Positions 20,034 through 30,461 are shown, counted from the stretch's first letter. The stretch is 64,000 nt of DNA from an uncultured delta proteobacterium (GCA_963826785.1 CAWGYD010000006.1:96001-160000); one strand, 5' to 3'. The notes: a model not told the origin generated them from the letters alone. Program-made: numbers and translations.

Positions 20034-20621
20034 TCAGAAGGAGACTTTCGGGGCTTTTTTCTCTTCTGCGGATTCGGTGGATTCCAGAAGCTGGGCCTCC
20101 TTGAAATTGAACATGGTCGAGACGATGGTGTTGGGGAATTTCTCCCGGGAGATGTTGTAGGACATGACCGCGTCATTGAACGCCTGGCGGGCGAACGCGA
20201 TGCGGTTTTCCGTGGAGGAAAGCTCTTCCTGGAGTTGGGAGACGTTCTGGTTGGCCTTGAGATCCGGGTAGGCCTCGGACAGGGCGAACAGCCGCCGCAG
20301 GGTGCCGCTCAAAACACCTTCGGCTTCGGACAGCTGCTTCATCCTGGCCGGGTCGCCCGGCTCCTGGGAGGCCTGCCGGGTGGCGTCCACGGCGGCGCTC
20401 CGGGCCTTTATCACCGCCTCCAGGGTGCCGCGCTCGTGCTTGATATACCCTTTGACGGTTTCCACCAGGTTGGGGATCAGGTCGTGGCGCCGTTTGAGCT
20501 GGACATCGATCTGGGAAAAAGCGTTTTTATACTGGTTCCGGTTCGTGACCAGGGAGTTGTAGATGGCAATCACGGCCGCCACCAGGGCGACGATCAACAC
20601 GAGAAGGACGATACCCGCCAA
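20034..20621 (-). CDS. lemA: LemA family protein
   Basis: YNSLV..QIDVQLKRRHDLIPNLVETVKGY, EAYPDLKAN, TENRIAFARQAFND. Confidence 0.95.
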   Translation of the reverse strand: MAGIVLLVLIVALVAAVIAIYNSLVTNRNQYKNAFSQIDVQLKRRHDLIPNLVETVKGYIKHERGTLEAVIKARSAAVDATRQASQEPGDPARMKQLSEAEGVLSGTLRRLFALSEAYPDLKANQNVSQLQEELSSTENRIAFARQAFNDAVMSYNISREKFPNTIVSTMFNFKEAQLLESTESAEEKKAPKVSF

Positions 20622-20693
20622 TGTTCACCTCCTTTATGATGGACAAAAATTCAAGGAAACACAGGCATTCGTATCATCGAAACTGCGGGTTGA

Positions 20694-21368
20694 TCAATCT
20701 TTTTTCGGGTATCCCACCGTCTGGGCCAGGGTGATTTCCTGCCGGGGTCCGAGTTTCATGGCCTTTTCCAGGGCGTTTCGGTCCACGGACCCGCGCACCA
20801 CCGTGCCCAGCCCTTCGGATGCGGCAAACAGGTAGACGTTTTGGGCGATAAATCCGGTGTCTGCGGCCGCATAGAACTTTTTCTGATCTTCATCACCAGC
20901 CGATATTTTGGCAAGGTCGGCCACATAGACCAGGTTGACCGGGGCGTTTCCCACAAAATCCTGGGTGCCGGTTTTGGCGCGGATATCGGCTGACGAGATC
21001 TGCTTCAAGGCATTGGCCGCGGCATCATAGAGGAAAAGGCCGTCTTCTTTGGCCACGTAAATGCTGATTTCCTGCCAGTTGCGGGCCGATGGTGCCGTGC
21101 GCTTTCCCGAATCCTTGCGGTTGACGCCGAAAGCGGCCCAGAGCAGGTTGGACAGCACCTGGTCGGAGAGCTTCTGATCGGAAAAATCCCGCGTGGTGTG
21201 CCGCTTTTCGAGCGCTTCCATCAGGGGCATGCCGCCCTGGGTCTGAGGCGCGGGAAGTTGAATGGTTTCAACGGTTTGGTTTTCGGCGACGACCGAAGAG
21301 GGATACAGCAGGAAAACCCCCACGGCAATGACCGTCAGTATCAAAAAAATTCCGATTGCGATTTTCAT
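20694..21368 (-). CDS. Nitroreductase/SagB-like FMN oxidoreductase with N-terminal signal/TM segment
   Basis: LSNLLWAAFGVNR..KRTAPSARNWQE, DTGFIAQNVYL, AQTVGYP. Confidence 0.88.
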   Translation of the reverse strand: MKIAIGIFLILTVIAVGVFLLYPSSVVAENQTVETIQLPAPQTQGGMPLMEALEKRHTTRDFSDQKLSDQVLSNLLWAAFGVNRKDSGKRTAPSARNWQEISIYVAKEDGLFLYDAAANALKQISSADIRAKTGTQDFVGNAPVNLVYVADLAKISAGDEDQKKFYAAADTGFIAQNVYLFAASEGLGTVVRGSVDRNALEKAMKLGPRQEITLAQTVGYPKKD

Positions 21369-21540
21369 TTTTTTCCGCTCCCTTCATTCACACATTTTGA
21401 TAAACCAAGGTTTTTGATCCGCACCGCTTTGCGTCGGTTTCCTAAACGTAATCCGAAATGTGTTCAAAAACAAGTTCAACCCAAGCGTTATTCGCCTATC
21501 GTATCCTTGCTGCCTAGTTTCGATCAGTTGCTTTGCGGCG

Positions 21541-22275
21541 CTAAAAATCCCGATACACCGAAACGTAATAGGAGAAACGGTTGCCCGAGGTATGCGTCAG
21601 CCCCCTTCCCGCGGAGAATAAAAGCTGAAACCCGTTCATCAGGGGGACGGTGCCGCCGCTGTTGAAATTAAAGTTTCCTTTACCGTCCACCGTATCCGCC
21701 GTCTGATGAAAGATTTCACTGCCCACGGTGAGGCCTTCGGAAAATGCGTATTGCACCAGGATGCCGGAAAACCAGTAATCGCTGTTGCCGGCTCCGGTAT
21801 TGATCCAGTAACCTCCGCCGCCGTAAGCCGTCCATTGACCGAAATCCTGCTGCAGCCAGACGGGAAGGAAATACTGAGCCTTCCCGTTTCCGAGCCCCTT
21901 GTCCTGATCTCCCGTGGGAATTTCGACAAGCGGGAAAATCCCCATCATGGGAAGGCCATCCGATCCATGTATCAATTGATATTTCAACCCGAGTTCCGTG
22001 TCCCCGTACCCGAAATGGGATCCTTGATCATCCGGTGAATCATAGGCAAACGGTGCGATGATGTGAAACATCGTATTCGGCAGGATGCCGTAATTATATT
22101 CCACCGCCGGACCCACCCCGCTCACCCCCCCGGCTTCGTTGGTCCCGGCTGAAAAGAGATAAAACTCGCTGTGGAGGTAGCCGACCGGCACGGGATCATC
22201 GGTCACATAGGGCGGGCCGGCAAAGGCAGACGCGGCCGAAACCAGCCACAACAAGATGCAGGCGGATATCCTCAT
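21541..22275 (-). CDS. Putative outer-membrane beta-barrel protein
   Basis: Signal peptide, GPPYVTDDP, GYGDTELGLKY, PTGD..GLGNG, alternating aromatic strands, C-terminal Phe. Confidence 0.7.
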   Translation of the reverse strand: MRISACILLWLVSAASAFAGPPYVTDDPVPVGYLHSEFYLFSAGTNEAGGVSGVGPAVEYNYGILPNTMFHIIAPFAYDSPDDQGSHFGYGDTELGLKYQLIHGSDGLPMMGIFPLVEIPTGDQDKGLGNGKAQYFLPVWLQQDFGQWTAYGGGGYWINTGAGNSDYWFSGILVQYAFSEGLTVGSEIFHQTADTVDGKGNFNFNSGGTVPLMNGFQLLFSAGRGLTHTSGNRFSYYVSVYRDF

Positions 22276-22463
22276 GATGGTTTCCTTTTTCAGCGATAAA
22301 AATACGCATCCGGAAAATATATTTCAAAAGGCATGGAAATATCCGCGGAAAGAGGGGTTATATCGGCAGGAATGGGGGGACATGCTATTGATAATGGAAT
22401 TAGGTGGCAATATTATTAAGCAATACGGATGGAAATTTTTTTACCGAATTTGGAGGAAGCAAC

Positions 22464-23132
22464 ATGAAAAAACTGGCCATTTACATGACAATCGTTTTCT
22501 TTGCGGCGGGGTTGTTGTTCAGCTGCACGTCCGGCACACCCAACAAAACAGCCACCGGCGCCGGTGTCGGTGCGGTGACCGGAGGCGTTGTCGGTGCAGT
22601 GATCGGGCACCAGTCCGGACACAAGACACAAGGGGCTGTTATCGGGGCGGTTGCCGGCGGAGCCATCGGTGCGATCATCGGCAATCGTATGGAAAAGCAG
22701 GCCAAAGAACTGGAACAGGTTCAGGGCATGCAAGATGTCTCATACGACCCGGAGCAAAAGAAAATCGATGCCACCATGGATGTCCTGTTTGATTTCGATT
22801 CGGCGGCCATCCGGCCGTCTGAAAAGCCCAAACTCGATGAACTGGCGAACGTCTTTGCCAAATATCCGGAAAATATCGTGGTCATCGGAGGGCACACCGA
22901 CAGCATCGGATCCGAGGCCTACAATCTCGAGCTCTCGGAGAAGCGGGCCCAGAGTGTGGCCGCGTATCTTCGATCAAAAAACATCAATATTTCAAGCCTG
23001 ACCGCAAAAGGCTATGGTGAAAGCCAGCCGGTGGCGACCAACGAAACCGCCGAAGGGCGGCAGAAGAACCGCCGCGTGGAAATTCAGATCACCGCCGATC
23101 CGAGCCGGGTACCGCAGAACACCAATAAGTAA
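22464..23132 (+). CDS. OmpA family lipoprotein with glycine zipper
   Basis: Lipobox LFSC, Gly-zipper, LFDFDS, GHTD..YNLELSEKRA, NRRVEI. Confidence 0.93.
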   Translation: MKKLAIYMTIVFFAAGLLFSCTSGTPNKTATGAGVGAVTGGVVGAVIGHQSGHKTQGAVIGAVAGGAIGAIIGNRMEKQAKELEQVQGMQDVSYDPEQKKIDATMDVLFDFDSAAIRPSEKPKLDELANVFAKYPENIVVIGGHTDSIGSEAYNLELSEKRAQSVAAYLRSKNINISSLTAKGYGESQPVATNETAEGRQKNRRVEIQITADPSRVPQNTNK

Positions 23133-23171
23133 CCAGAGGGATGCGGCATCAGGTCCAATCAAGGCAAAACT

Positions 23172-23363
23172 TCAGATGGGAACATCGTCGACTTTTTCGG
23201 CCACGGCATCGATGGAATCATGGGCGGAATTGCCCAGCACCGGCACGATGGAGACGACGGCTGCCCCCACCCGCATGGGGACGGTGACCAACTTGGTGAA
23301 CACGCAGCCGCCGACCGGGGCGAGCATGAGCAGAAGAATCAGAAATATGAGCCGCTTCTTCAC
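23172..23363 (-). CDS. Small lipoprotein (DUF6726-like)
   Basis: Signal ending VGGC then VFTKLVTVPMRVGAAVVSIVP; GTG start with GAAAGG. Confidence 0.65.
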   Translation of the reverse strand: MKKRLIFLILLLMLAPVGGCVFTKLVTVPMRVGAAVVSIVPVLGNSAHDSIDAVAEKVDDVPI

Positions 23364-23391
23364 TGAATGACGCCTTTCTTTAAATGGATCA

Positions 23392-24633
23392 TCAGGCACC
23401 CCGCCTGGCCGCTATGGTTTCCATCAGCGCTTCCAGCCGGGTAAAGGTAGATTCCTTGCTGTATTTTCGGACATCGGCATGATCCACCTCGATCATGACC
23501 GAAGGGATGTCAAACCGGGCGCTCATGATTTTCTGCTGGTCCAGCTGGGTCACGGAATAAGGCTTGCAGCTGCGGTTGCTGGCATACACGATACCGTCGA
23601 TGCCAAGGCGCTGCACTGCTTCGCCCATGGCCTTTGCCCTCAGCCGAAGGCCATGGGGGCAGACATAGGCGTTCTGGGTCCGGGCCAGGTGCTCCAGCGG
23701 GTCGCCCGCATAGGGATAGGGATTGAAACTTCCCTCCACCGTGCCGATGCAGGACGTGTAGGTGGCGCCGACGATGTTGGCCTTGAGCCGGGCCAGGGTG
23801 GAAGACATGTCCCGGAGCTGATGCCAGGGGGCGATATTGTCCCAGAACAGGCGGTATTTTTCGTCCGGTACCGGAAAATCGTCCGCCGTTACCCGCTGCT
23901 CGGTTTCTTCGGCCAGCAGCCGGTAATGTTGTGCGAACTGCTCGGTGCCCCGGGCGATGAGAAACGGCGCCATCTGCACAAAGGAATCAAAGGCGGTGAT
24001 CCCGGAAGGCCGGTGCTCGGCAAAACCTAAAAAACGCTTCCAGTGCTTGATCCCCTCATCGGTGTAAGCGACGGCCCGGGCCGCCCGATCGGCGTCGTAG
24101 GTCTGCCCGGAAAGGGTTTTAATGGTCGCGATCAGGTCTTTGAACTGGGCCTTGATGTATGCCCGGTCCTTTTCTTTCTGGGGCGAATAGGCAAAAGGGA
24201 CATCTATGATGAAATGGGGGATGCCCAGTTCCCGGTGATGCACATCGAACCACTTGACCAGAAGGGAGCAGTTGTTGTTGTCCGACACCAGCAGGTGGGG
24301 CCTGGGAAGCCCGAAGGTGGGGGAATCTTTGCCCCCGTCGGCAAAACACCCGATATCGATGCGCGCATAGGAGCACAGGTCCATGGAGTAGCCGATGCGC
24401 TCGGCCTTTTCACACTGGAGCGCGCCCACCCCCTTGCCCGCGTTCATGGCCGCATGGCTTTCGGGGACGGCATAGACCACGTTTTCAAAGCCGGCAAACA
24501 GCTCGGCCGGCACATTGATGGCGATCCACACCACGAAAGCCCCCTGGCCGGCCCGGGTATGCAGGTCCATATAGGTGTCCCTGATCAGGCCGGACAGATT
24601 TTTGCCGGCCTTCGTCTTTTGAAAGGATGCCAT
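23392..24633 (-). CDS. 2-hydroxyacyl-CoA dehydratase family subunit (HgdA/FldB-like)
   Basis: VPES, GYSMDLCSYAR, NNCS..KW, YRLFWDNIAPW, NRSCK, TRLEA. Confidence 0.88.
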   Translation of the reverse strand: MASFQKTKAGKNLSGLIRDTYMDLHTRAGQGAFVVWIAINVPAELFAGFENVVYAVPESHAAMNAGKGVGALQCEKAERIGYSMDLCSYARIDIGCFADGGKDSPTFGLPRPHLLVSDNNNCSLLVKWFDVHHRELGIPHFIIDVPFAYSPQKEKDRAYIKAQFKDLIATIKTLSGQTYDADRAARAVAYTDEGIKHWKRFLGFAEHRPSGITAFDSFVQMAPFLIARGTEQFAQHYRLLAEETEQRVTADDFPVPDEKYRLFWDNIAPWHQLRDMSSTLARLKANIVGATYTSCIGTVEGSFNPYPYAGDPLEHLARTQNAYVCPHGLRLRAKAMGEAVQRLGIDGIVYASNRSCKPYSVTQLDQQKIMSARFDIPSVMIEVDHADVRKYSKESTFTRLEALMETIAARRGA

Positions 24634-24634
24634 A

Positions 24635-25762
24635 TCATCTCCGATTCAAAATTTCGCCAAAGGCCCGGATGCGGGCATCATGGGCGCCGGTATGCGCATC
24701 GTCGTCCATGGCGATCTCCAGCTGCAGTGTAAAAATCCCGTCTTCCTTCAATTTCTTTTCCAGAAAAGGAAATTCGAAATATTCGTATTCGCAGAATTTT
24801 TCTCCAATGAACACCACGCCCGCGGCCCCGCTTTCCCGCACCCGCCGGATCAGGGCATCTACCCGTTGGTCTGCGGCATACAGCAGGGTGGAACAGGGAT
24901 AATGACGGCGGTAGAAGTTGTCATAGTATTCGGCGGGATCGGGATCCGGCCCGGGAAGGTCCGCATGCGCGCGATGCAGAAAGGCGATGTCATTTCCCAC
25001 AACCCGCAGCCCGGCTGCATGGATGGAAGAGAGCACCGAAACCGGCGGCGGCAGGATGCCGCTGATGACCACCCCGGCATGTGGGCCCCCGTTTTCCGGT
25101 TGATGCCCGGATGCGCCGGAAATTAATGTCTCCAGCCGGTCTACCCGATCCTGCACCGGCGCAAATGCACCGCCAACCGCTGCATCCACCAGGTCGGTAA
25201 ACATCAGCGCCCCGGAAGCGGCCTGCTGCTGCGCCGTCTGGAAAAGGGCTCCCAGGCGCCGGTACAGATGGATTCCCTCCACGAACTTTTCCGGTGAAAA
25301 ACCGACCGCAAACCGGTCTTCCAATTCCCGGACCAGGCGATTGATTTCATTTTTCAGGTAATGCGATGCATCGGTCTGCTCCGGCGGGACCATGGGGACA
25401 TGAATGCGGAACAACGGCATGGACCGGCCCTTTTCTAAATGATGATTTTCAATGATCTCGGGCAGATTGCGCAGGGTATCGCAGGCATTGTACATGAACA
25501 GCCCGTCAAACCGGTCCCCGGCCTCCGAAAGGAGCAGTTCGGTCATGTGCCGGGCCACGGCGCATGAATAGTTCTGCAGGTGCCGATCGCTTGCGGGGGT
25601 CTCGCGGATATCGGCCCTTAGCCCCCACAGAACCACCGGGACCAGGTCCAGGGCGTAAAACAGCGCCAGGGGCGGATAGAGGGGAAAGCAGCCGATGATT
25701 TTGCCCCCGTTGCTTTTCAGATGGTCGAGCTTGTCGATGGGATTTAGCGGCATGGATTTCAA
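24635..25762 (-). CDS. 2-hydroxyacyl-CoA dehydratase family subunit (HgdB/FldC-like)
   Basis: IGCFPLYPP, YSCAV, ACDTLRN, KFCEYEYFE, RIRAFGE. Confidence 0.86.
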   Translation of the reverse strand: MKSMPLNPIDKLDHLKSNGGKIIGCFPLYPPLALFYALDLVPVVLWGLRADIRETPASDRHLQNYSCAVARHMTELLLSEAGDRFDGLFMYNACDTLRNLPEIIENHHLEKGRSMPLFRIHVPMVPPEQTDASHYLKNEINRLVRELEDRFAVGFSPEKFVEGIHLYRRLGALFQTAQQQAASGALMFTDLVDAAVGGAFAPVQDRVDRLETLISGASGHQPENGGPHAGVVISGILPPPVSVLSSIHAAGLRVVGNDIAFLHRAHADLPGPDPDPAEYYDNFYRRHYPCSTLLYAADQRVDALIRRVRESGAAGVVFIGEKFCEYEYFEFPFLEKKLKEDGIFTLQLEIAMDDDAHTGAHDARIRAFGEILNRR

Positions 25763-26053
25763 CAGAATGATTTTATGATATTAAAATATGGTTCAAACAC
25801 TTATCACGGGATTCAAGTTCACATTGCCGGGCTTTCACCGGGCCGCCGTCCGCCGCAGCGCAAAAATCTATCATTTAAATCCGGAAAGCGTGTTGGTTTT
25901 GTATCATAGAAGGCCTTGATGCCGCAACATCCGAGTCGGCTTTCACGATAAATTCCGGTGGACGGCATCGTCCCTGATAAAATTTCATCTTATTGATTTT
26001 AAGACATTTTTGATTTAAAGGAGAAAATTGGCCCGGCCGAAACCCGCAACTCG

Positions 26054-26082
26054 TTGACACAACGTGTCATTGAAGATATGGT
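26054..26082 (+). promoter_or_regulatory. Sigma70 promoter with overlapping palindromic operator
   Basis: TTGACA (26054-59) N17 TATGGT (26077-82); perfect TGACAC-aac-GTGTCA at 26055-26069. Confidence 0.65.
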
Positions 26083-26114
26083 TATTTTTTTTTCTTCGGA
26101 CACAAGGAGTGGTC

Positions 26115-27113
26115 ATGTTCAGACAAGATCGTTGCGACCTCTGCGGGGACTGCCTGGTGAACTGCAGGTGGATTGAAGCCGGGCGGGACCAGGCGGCCGA
26201 ATGGATGAAAGCCATGATGGAGGGCCGGCCCACCCCGGTGCCGCAGCAGTGCATCACCTGCTATGCCTGCAATGAAACCTGCCCGCAGGACGCCAATCCC
26301 TTCGACCTGATCGCCGCCCTGCAGGAAAAAGCCGCCATCGTTTCCCACCAGCAGATTTCAGAGGCGGAAAACCGGCTGTCCTTTTCCGGCGAACTGCGGG
26401 ATCTTCCGGCCGCCGACCGGATCATGAGCATCTGCGTTTTCGGCAAGACCGACGGCCACCTGATCCAGGGCGAACTTTACGACCTGCCGAAAATCGGTGG
26501 AAAACCCTACTTCTGCTGGATCCTGTTCAGCCACATGGGCGCGGAAAGCATCCAGCACCGGCACGCCAGGGAATTTGTGGACCGGCTGACCGCCACCGGC
26601 GCAAAAGAGGTGGTCTGTTTTCACGACGACTGTTACGCCATGCTGGCCAAGATCGCCCCGGAATACGGCATCGAGGTCCCCTTTCGCCCCGTCCACCTGG
26701 CGGAATACCTGGTGGAATACCTCAAAGCCAATGCGGGGCGCCTCCGGCCTCTCGATCTTGCCCTGGCCTACCAGCGTCCCTGCGCCTCCCGGCATACGCC
26801 GGAGAAGGAGCATTTCATCGACGCGCTTTTTGAACTGTGCGGCTCCACCCGGGTGGCGCGCACCTACGACCGGGGAAACGCCATGTGCTGCGCCGGGGTG
26901 AAACTGCTGCTGGGCATGGGCGACCCAACCCCCGAGCAGGAAAAAAATATCGCCGATGCCAAGGCGGCGGGGGCCAAGGCCATGGTCTGCCTTTGCCCCA
27001 TGTGCATGCACTCCTTGCATCAAATGGCCGCCGATGCGGGGCTCCCCCTGATTTTCATCGGTGACCTGGCCCGGATGGCGCTTGGCGAAATTGATATGCC
27101 CCCTTCATTATAA
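26115..27113 (+). CDS. (Fe-S)-binding CCG-domain oxidoreductase
   Basis: CDLCGDCLVNC, CITCYACNETCP, HDDCY, YQRPC, MCCAG, CLCPMC; ATG after AAGGAG. Confidence 0.87.
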   Translation: MFRQDRCDLCGDCLVNCRWIEAGRDQAAEWMKAMMEGRPTPVPQQCITCYACNETCPQDANPFDLIAALQEKAAIVSHQQISEAENRLSFSGELRDLPAADRIMSICVFGKTDGHLIQGELYDLPKIGGKPYFCWILFSHMGAESIQHRHAREFVDRLTATGAKEVVCFHDDCYAMLAKIAPEYGIEVPFRPVHLAEYLVEYLKANAGRLRPLDLALAYQRPCASRHTPEKEHFIDALFELCGSTRVARTYDRGNAMCCAGVKLLLGMGDPTPEQEKNIADAKAAGAKAMVCLCPMCMHSLHQMAADAGLPLIFIGDLARMALGEIDMPPSL

Positions 27114-27123
27114 GGAGAGTGAA

Positions 27124-28902
27124 ATGAGTTCCCCCAAGCCTCCCCGCCGGATATCCGGCGACGACTTCTATGATGCTCAATTTTTTGAAGGGTACCGGCG
27201 GATCGGATATCCGGAAGAGTGGATCGAAGAAGGCCGGCAGCATGATCCGGGGGATGCCTATGTCATCAGCCACCCCAGCTGGTTTTCCGAACCCATGCCC
27301 GAAGTGCCCATGGTCTCCATCTATCAGCTGTTCAAGCAGACCGTGGTCGCCCACCCGGACGATACGGCCGTCATTTTCCTGGACAAGCCCATCACCTATG
27401 CCGCCTTAGATGACATGATCGGGCGCTATGCCGCCCTCCTTTGCGATCTGGGCATCAAAAAAGGCGATGTGGTGGCCACCATGCTCCCCAATTCCCTGCA
27501 GCACCTGGTGGCTTTCTATGCCGCGGCCATGATCGGCGCCGTGCACAGCCCCGTCGATGTCATGTACCAGGCCAAGGAGATCGAGGCCCAGCTGCGTGAT
27601 TCCGGGGCCAGGACCATCCTGATCATGGACCTGCTCTACGATAAGATCGAAAAACTCAAACAGGAAGGGCTGATCGATCATATCATCATCACCCGGGTGA
27701 GGGACTGGTCCAAGCCGGATGCGCGGGCCCCCCGGGCGCTGAAAATCTATTTCGACATCCCCAAGCGCCCCATGCCCGGGGCCATCGACATGTTCGCCGC
27801 CATTGAAAAGCTTTCCCCGCTTGCCGAACCGGCAACGGTCGCGCCGAAAACCGATCCCGCCCTCCTTTTGTACACCGCCGCCATTACCGGCAAATCAAAA
27901 GGCGTCATCGAAACCCATTTCAACCTGGTGTTCAATTCCATTTCCCATGCCCATGCATTCCGGCCATCCGGAATGGAGCGGGAAGTGAATTTTTCCATCA
28001 TGCCCATGTTTCACACGTCGGGGTATCTGCTTCACCAGCTTCCCGCCATCTACCAGGGGGGAACGGTCATCCTGATCCCGATATTCGACGTGGAAGATTC
28101 CTTCCGGATCATCGACACCTACGGGGTAAACGTCATCTTCGCCCCCCCCACGTTCTTCATTGCGCTGATGGCCCGAAAGGACCTGATGGAAGCCTATGAG
28201 CTCGACCGCATCCGGGTCACCATCTCCTGCGCCGCACCCGTCAAGAAGGAGGTTCAGGAACAATGGCGAAAAATGACCGGGCTTACACTCATCAACGGGT
28301 GGGGGATGACCGAAACCAACAGCGGCGGGATCATTTCCATTTCCGGGATCAAGGAGAAACTCGACTCCATCGGCGTTCCGCTCTATTCCGAAGTCAAAAT
28401 CACGGACATGGAAGGAAACATCCTGGCCCGGAACGAGGAAGGGGAAATCTGCTACCGGGGGCTTCAGGTTGCCGCCGGATACCTGAACCAGCCCGATGAA
28501 ACCGAGTCCACGTTCATGCCGGACGGCTGGCTTCGCACCGGTGACCGGGGATATATCGATGACGAGGACTTCGTCTTTTTTTCGGGCCGCATGAAAAATA
28601 TTGTCATTTCTTCCGGCTACAACATTTCCCCCCTGGAGGTCGAACACACGCTGTATCTGCATCCGGCGGTGGAGCAGGCGGTGGTGGTGGCCCAGCCGGA
28701 CCCGAAACGGGGAGAGAGCCTCAAGGCGGTCATTTCGCTGAAGCCGGAATACCATGGAGCCGTCACCGAAGAGGACATGATCAGCTTCTGCCGGGAGAAC
28801 CTGGCGGCTTTCAAGGTCCCCCGCATCATCGAGTTCCGGGAAACCCTGCCCAAGAGCGCGGTGGGAAAAATCCTGCGCCATGCGTTGCGTGATCCGGAAT
28901 AG
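27124..28902 (+). CDS. Long-chain acyl-CoA ligase (AMP-binding)
   Basis: YTAAITGKSKG (variant A3), GWGMTE, LRTGD, PKSAVGKILR. Confidence 0.9.
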   Translation: MSSPKPPRRISGDDFYDAQFFEGYRRIGYPEEWIEEGRQHDPGDAYVISHPSWFSEPMPEVPMVSIYQLFKQTVVAHPDDTAVIFLDKPITYAALDDMIGRYAALLCDLGIKKGDVVATMLPNSLQHLVAFYAAAMIGAVHSPVDVMYQAKEIEAQLRDSGARTILIMDLLYDKIEKLKQEGLIDHIIITRVRDWSKPDARAPRALKIYFDIPKRPMPGAIDMFAAIEKLSPLAEPATVAPKTDPALLLYTAAITGKSKGVIETHFNLVFNSISHAHAFRPSGMEREVNFSIMPMFHTSGYLLHQLPAIYQGGTVILIPIFDVEDSFRIIDTYGVNVIFAPPTFFIALMARKDLMEAYELDRIRVTISCAAPVKKEVQEQWRKMTGLTLINGWGMTETNSGGIISISGIKEKLDSIGVPLYSEVKITDMEGNILARNEEGEICYRGLQVAAGYLNQPDETESTFMPDGWLRTGDRGYIDDEDFVFFSGRMKNIVISSGYNISPLEVEHTLYLHPAVEQAVVVAQPDPKRGESLKAVISLKPEYHGAVTEEDMISFCRENLAAFKVPRIIEFRETLPKSAVGKILRHALRDPE

Positions 28903-29066
28903 GAAGTCGGCCCTGAAATTAATTGGCGTTGCCAGCGTCGGGTTCATCCCCTGGCCCAAAGGACACGAACCGGCGGCATAAACCAGATGGTGGCCGGACG
29001 AAACATAGATATTTGATCAAAAAGACGGTTTCGTTCCGCCACTGAATATTGAGTGTCCCATATCCG

Positions 29067-30461
29067 ATGAATACCAATTCAAAGTTCTTCTCCGGACTCG
29101 CTGCGGCTGTCTGCATCTTTTTTCTGACGGGCGCGCCGGCGGCTTTTGCCCAAACGGAGACATACGCCCTTTCCGACCTGTACCAGGCGGCCCTGAAATC
29201 CGCCCAGCAGATCCGCATTGCCAAAAACCAGTTGTTTATCGCCGAAAAAGACCAAAACCGGGCCTTTTCCGTGCTGCTGCCCCAGCTGTCCGCCTTTGGC
29301 GATTACATCCGCTACAGCGAAAGCAGCCTGATTCAGCCGGAAACCAATTATGATTACGGCATCAAGCTCCAGCAGCAGTTTACGTTAAACGGCAAGGAAC
29401 TGATCCTGCTGAGGGCGGCAAAGGACACCATCAAGCAGCGCCGGTATGACCTGGATTCGGTTAAGGAATCCTATCTTTACCAGGTGGCGGTGGCCTATTA
29501 TGAAGTAGTGAACCGGAAAAAGCAGGTGGAGATTCTCAGGGAAAATGTCAAGCGGCTGACCGCCTATCGGGATGCGGTCAGGATCAAACTCAAGCTGGAG
29601 GAAGTCCCCAAGACCGACCTGCTTCGGACGGAAGCCGAGCTTTCCGGCGCCGCGGCCGAGCTGATCCGGGCGGAAAATGAATGGGTGTACGCCCGATCCG
29701 CCCTGGCCCGCATGGTGAACATTTCCCCGGATTTTTCCCTGTCCCCCCCGGAAACGAGAGTAAACGCGCAGATGCCCATCCAGGGGCGGCTGGATGAGTT
29801 TGTCGATATCGCCCTGAAAAGCCGGGCGGACATGAAATCCGCTGAGATGTCGGTGAGCCTTGCCGATGATGACATTTCCATATCCAAGGGAGACTACTGG
29901 CCGGTGGTGGGGATCGAAGCGGGCTACCTGGCCCAGGAGACCGACCCTTCCGTGCTGTCCCAGGACAGCATATACGGCGCCGCCAACATCAACCTGATCC
30001 TGTTCGACTGGGGACTTCGCAAGGGAACGGTCAGCCAGAACCGGGCCCGGAAACGCATCGCGAGCCTCCAGGCGGATGAACTGGCCAAGCAGATCGCCCT
30101 GGAAGTGGAAAGGGCCTGGCTGGCCTTGAACACGGCCCAGAATACCATTACCGCCCTGCAGGATAAGCTGGTTTTTTCCCGGGCGGCTTACGAGGCCGTC
30201 ACCCTGCAGTTCAAGCTGGGTCAGGCCGACAGCCTGGACGTGCTGGACGCCAATACCACCCTGCGCAATGCCGAGCGCGAACTGACGGAAGCCGAATTCG
30301 TCCTTTCCCTGTCTAAAATCGCGCTGCAGCGGGCCCAGGGGATTTTTCTCGATCAAATCACCGCCGGCGACATGAGCCGCGGCTGTGCTCCCGAAAAATC
30401 AGATGATGCCGCGCAGCGGGGTGGGGCGCTTTCAAGGAACCTGATAAAGAACTCTTTTTAG
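29067..30461 (+). CDS. TolC-family outer membrane efflux protein
   Basis: Signal peptide; two OEP repeats (LLPQLS, YWPVV, LFDWG, FKLGQADSLDVLDA). Confidence 0.9.
   Translation: MNTNSKFFSGLAAAVCIFFLTGAPAAFAQTETYALSDLYQAALKSAQQIRIAKNQLFIAEKDQNRAFSVLLPQLSAFGDYIRYSESSLIQPETNYDYGIKLQQQFTLNGKELILLRAAKDTIKQRRYDLDSVKESYLYQVAVAYYEVVNRKKQVEILRENVKRLTAYRDAVRIKLKLEEVPKTDLLRTEAELSGAAAELIRAENEWVYARSALARMVNISPDFSLSPPETRVNAQMPIQGRLDEFVDIALKSRADMKSAEMSVSLADDDISISKGDYWPVVGIEAGYLAQETDPSVLSQDSIYGAANINLILFDWGLRKGTVSQNRARKRIASLQADELAKQIALEVERAWLALNTAQNTITALQDKLVFSRAAYEAVTLQFKLGQADSLDVLDANTTLRNAERELTEAEFVLSLSKIALQRAQGIFLDQITAGDMSRGCAPEKSDDAAQRGGALSRNLIKNSF

Noticed and set aside
23392..25762. Class I benzoyl-CoA reductase
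   Set aside because: The ATP-binding BcrA/BcrD subunits and ring-cleavage genes are absent; only the family-level call is supportable.
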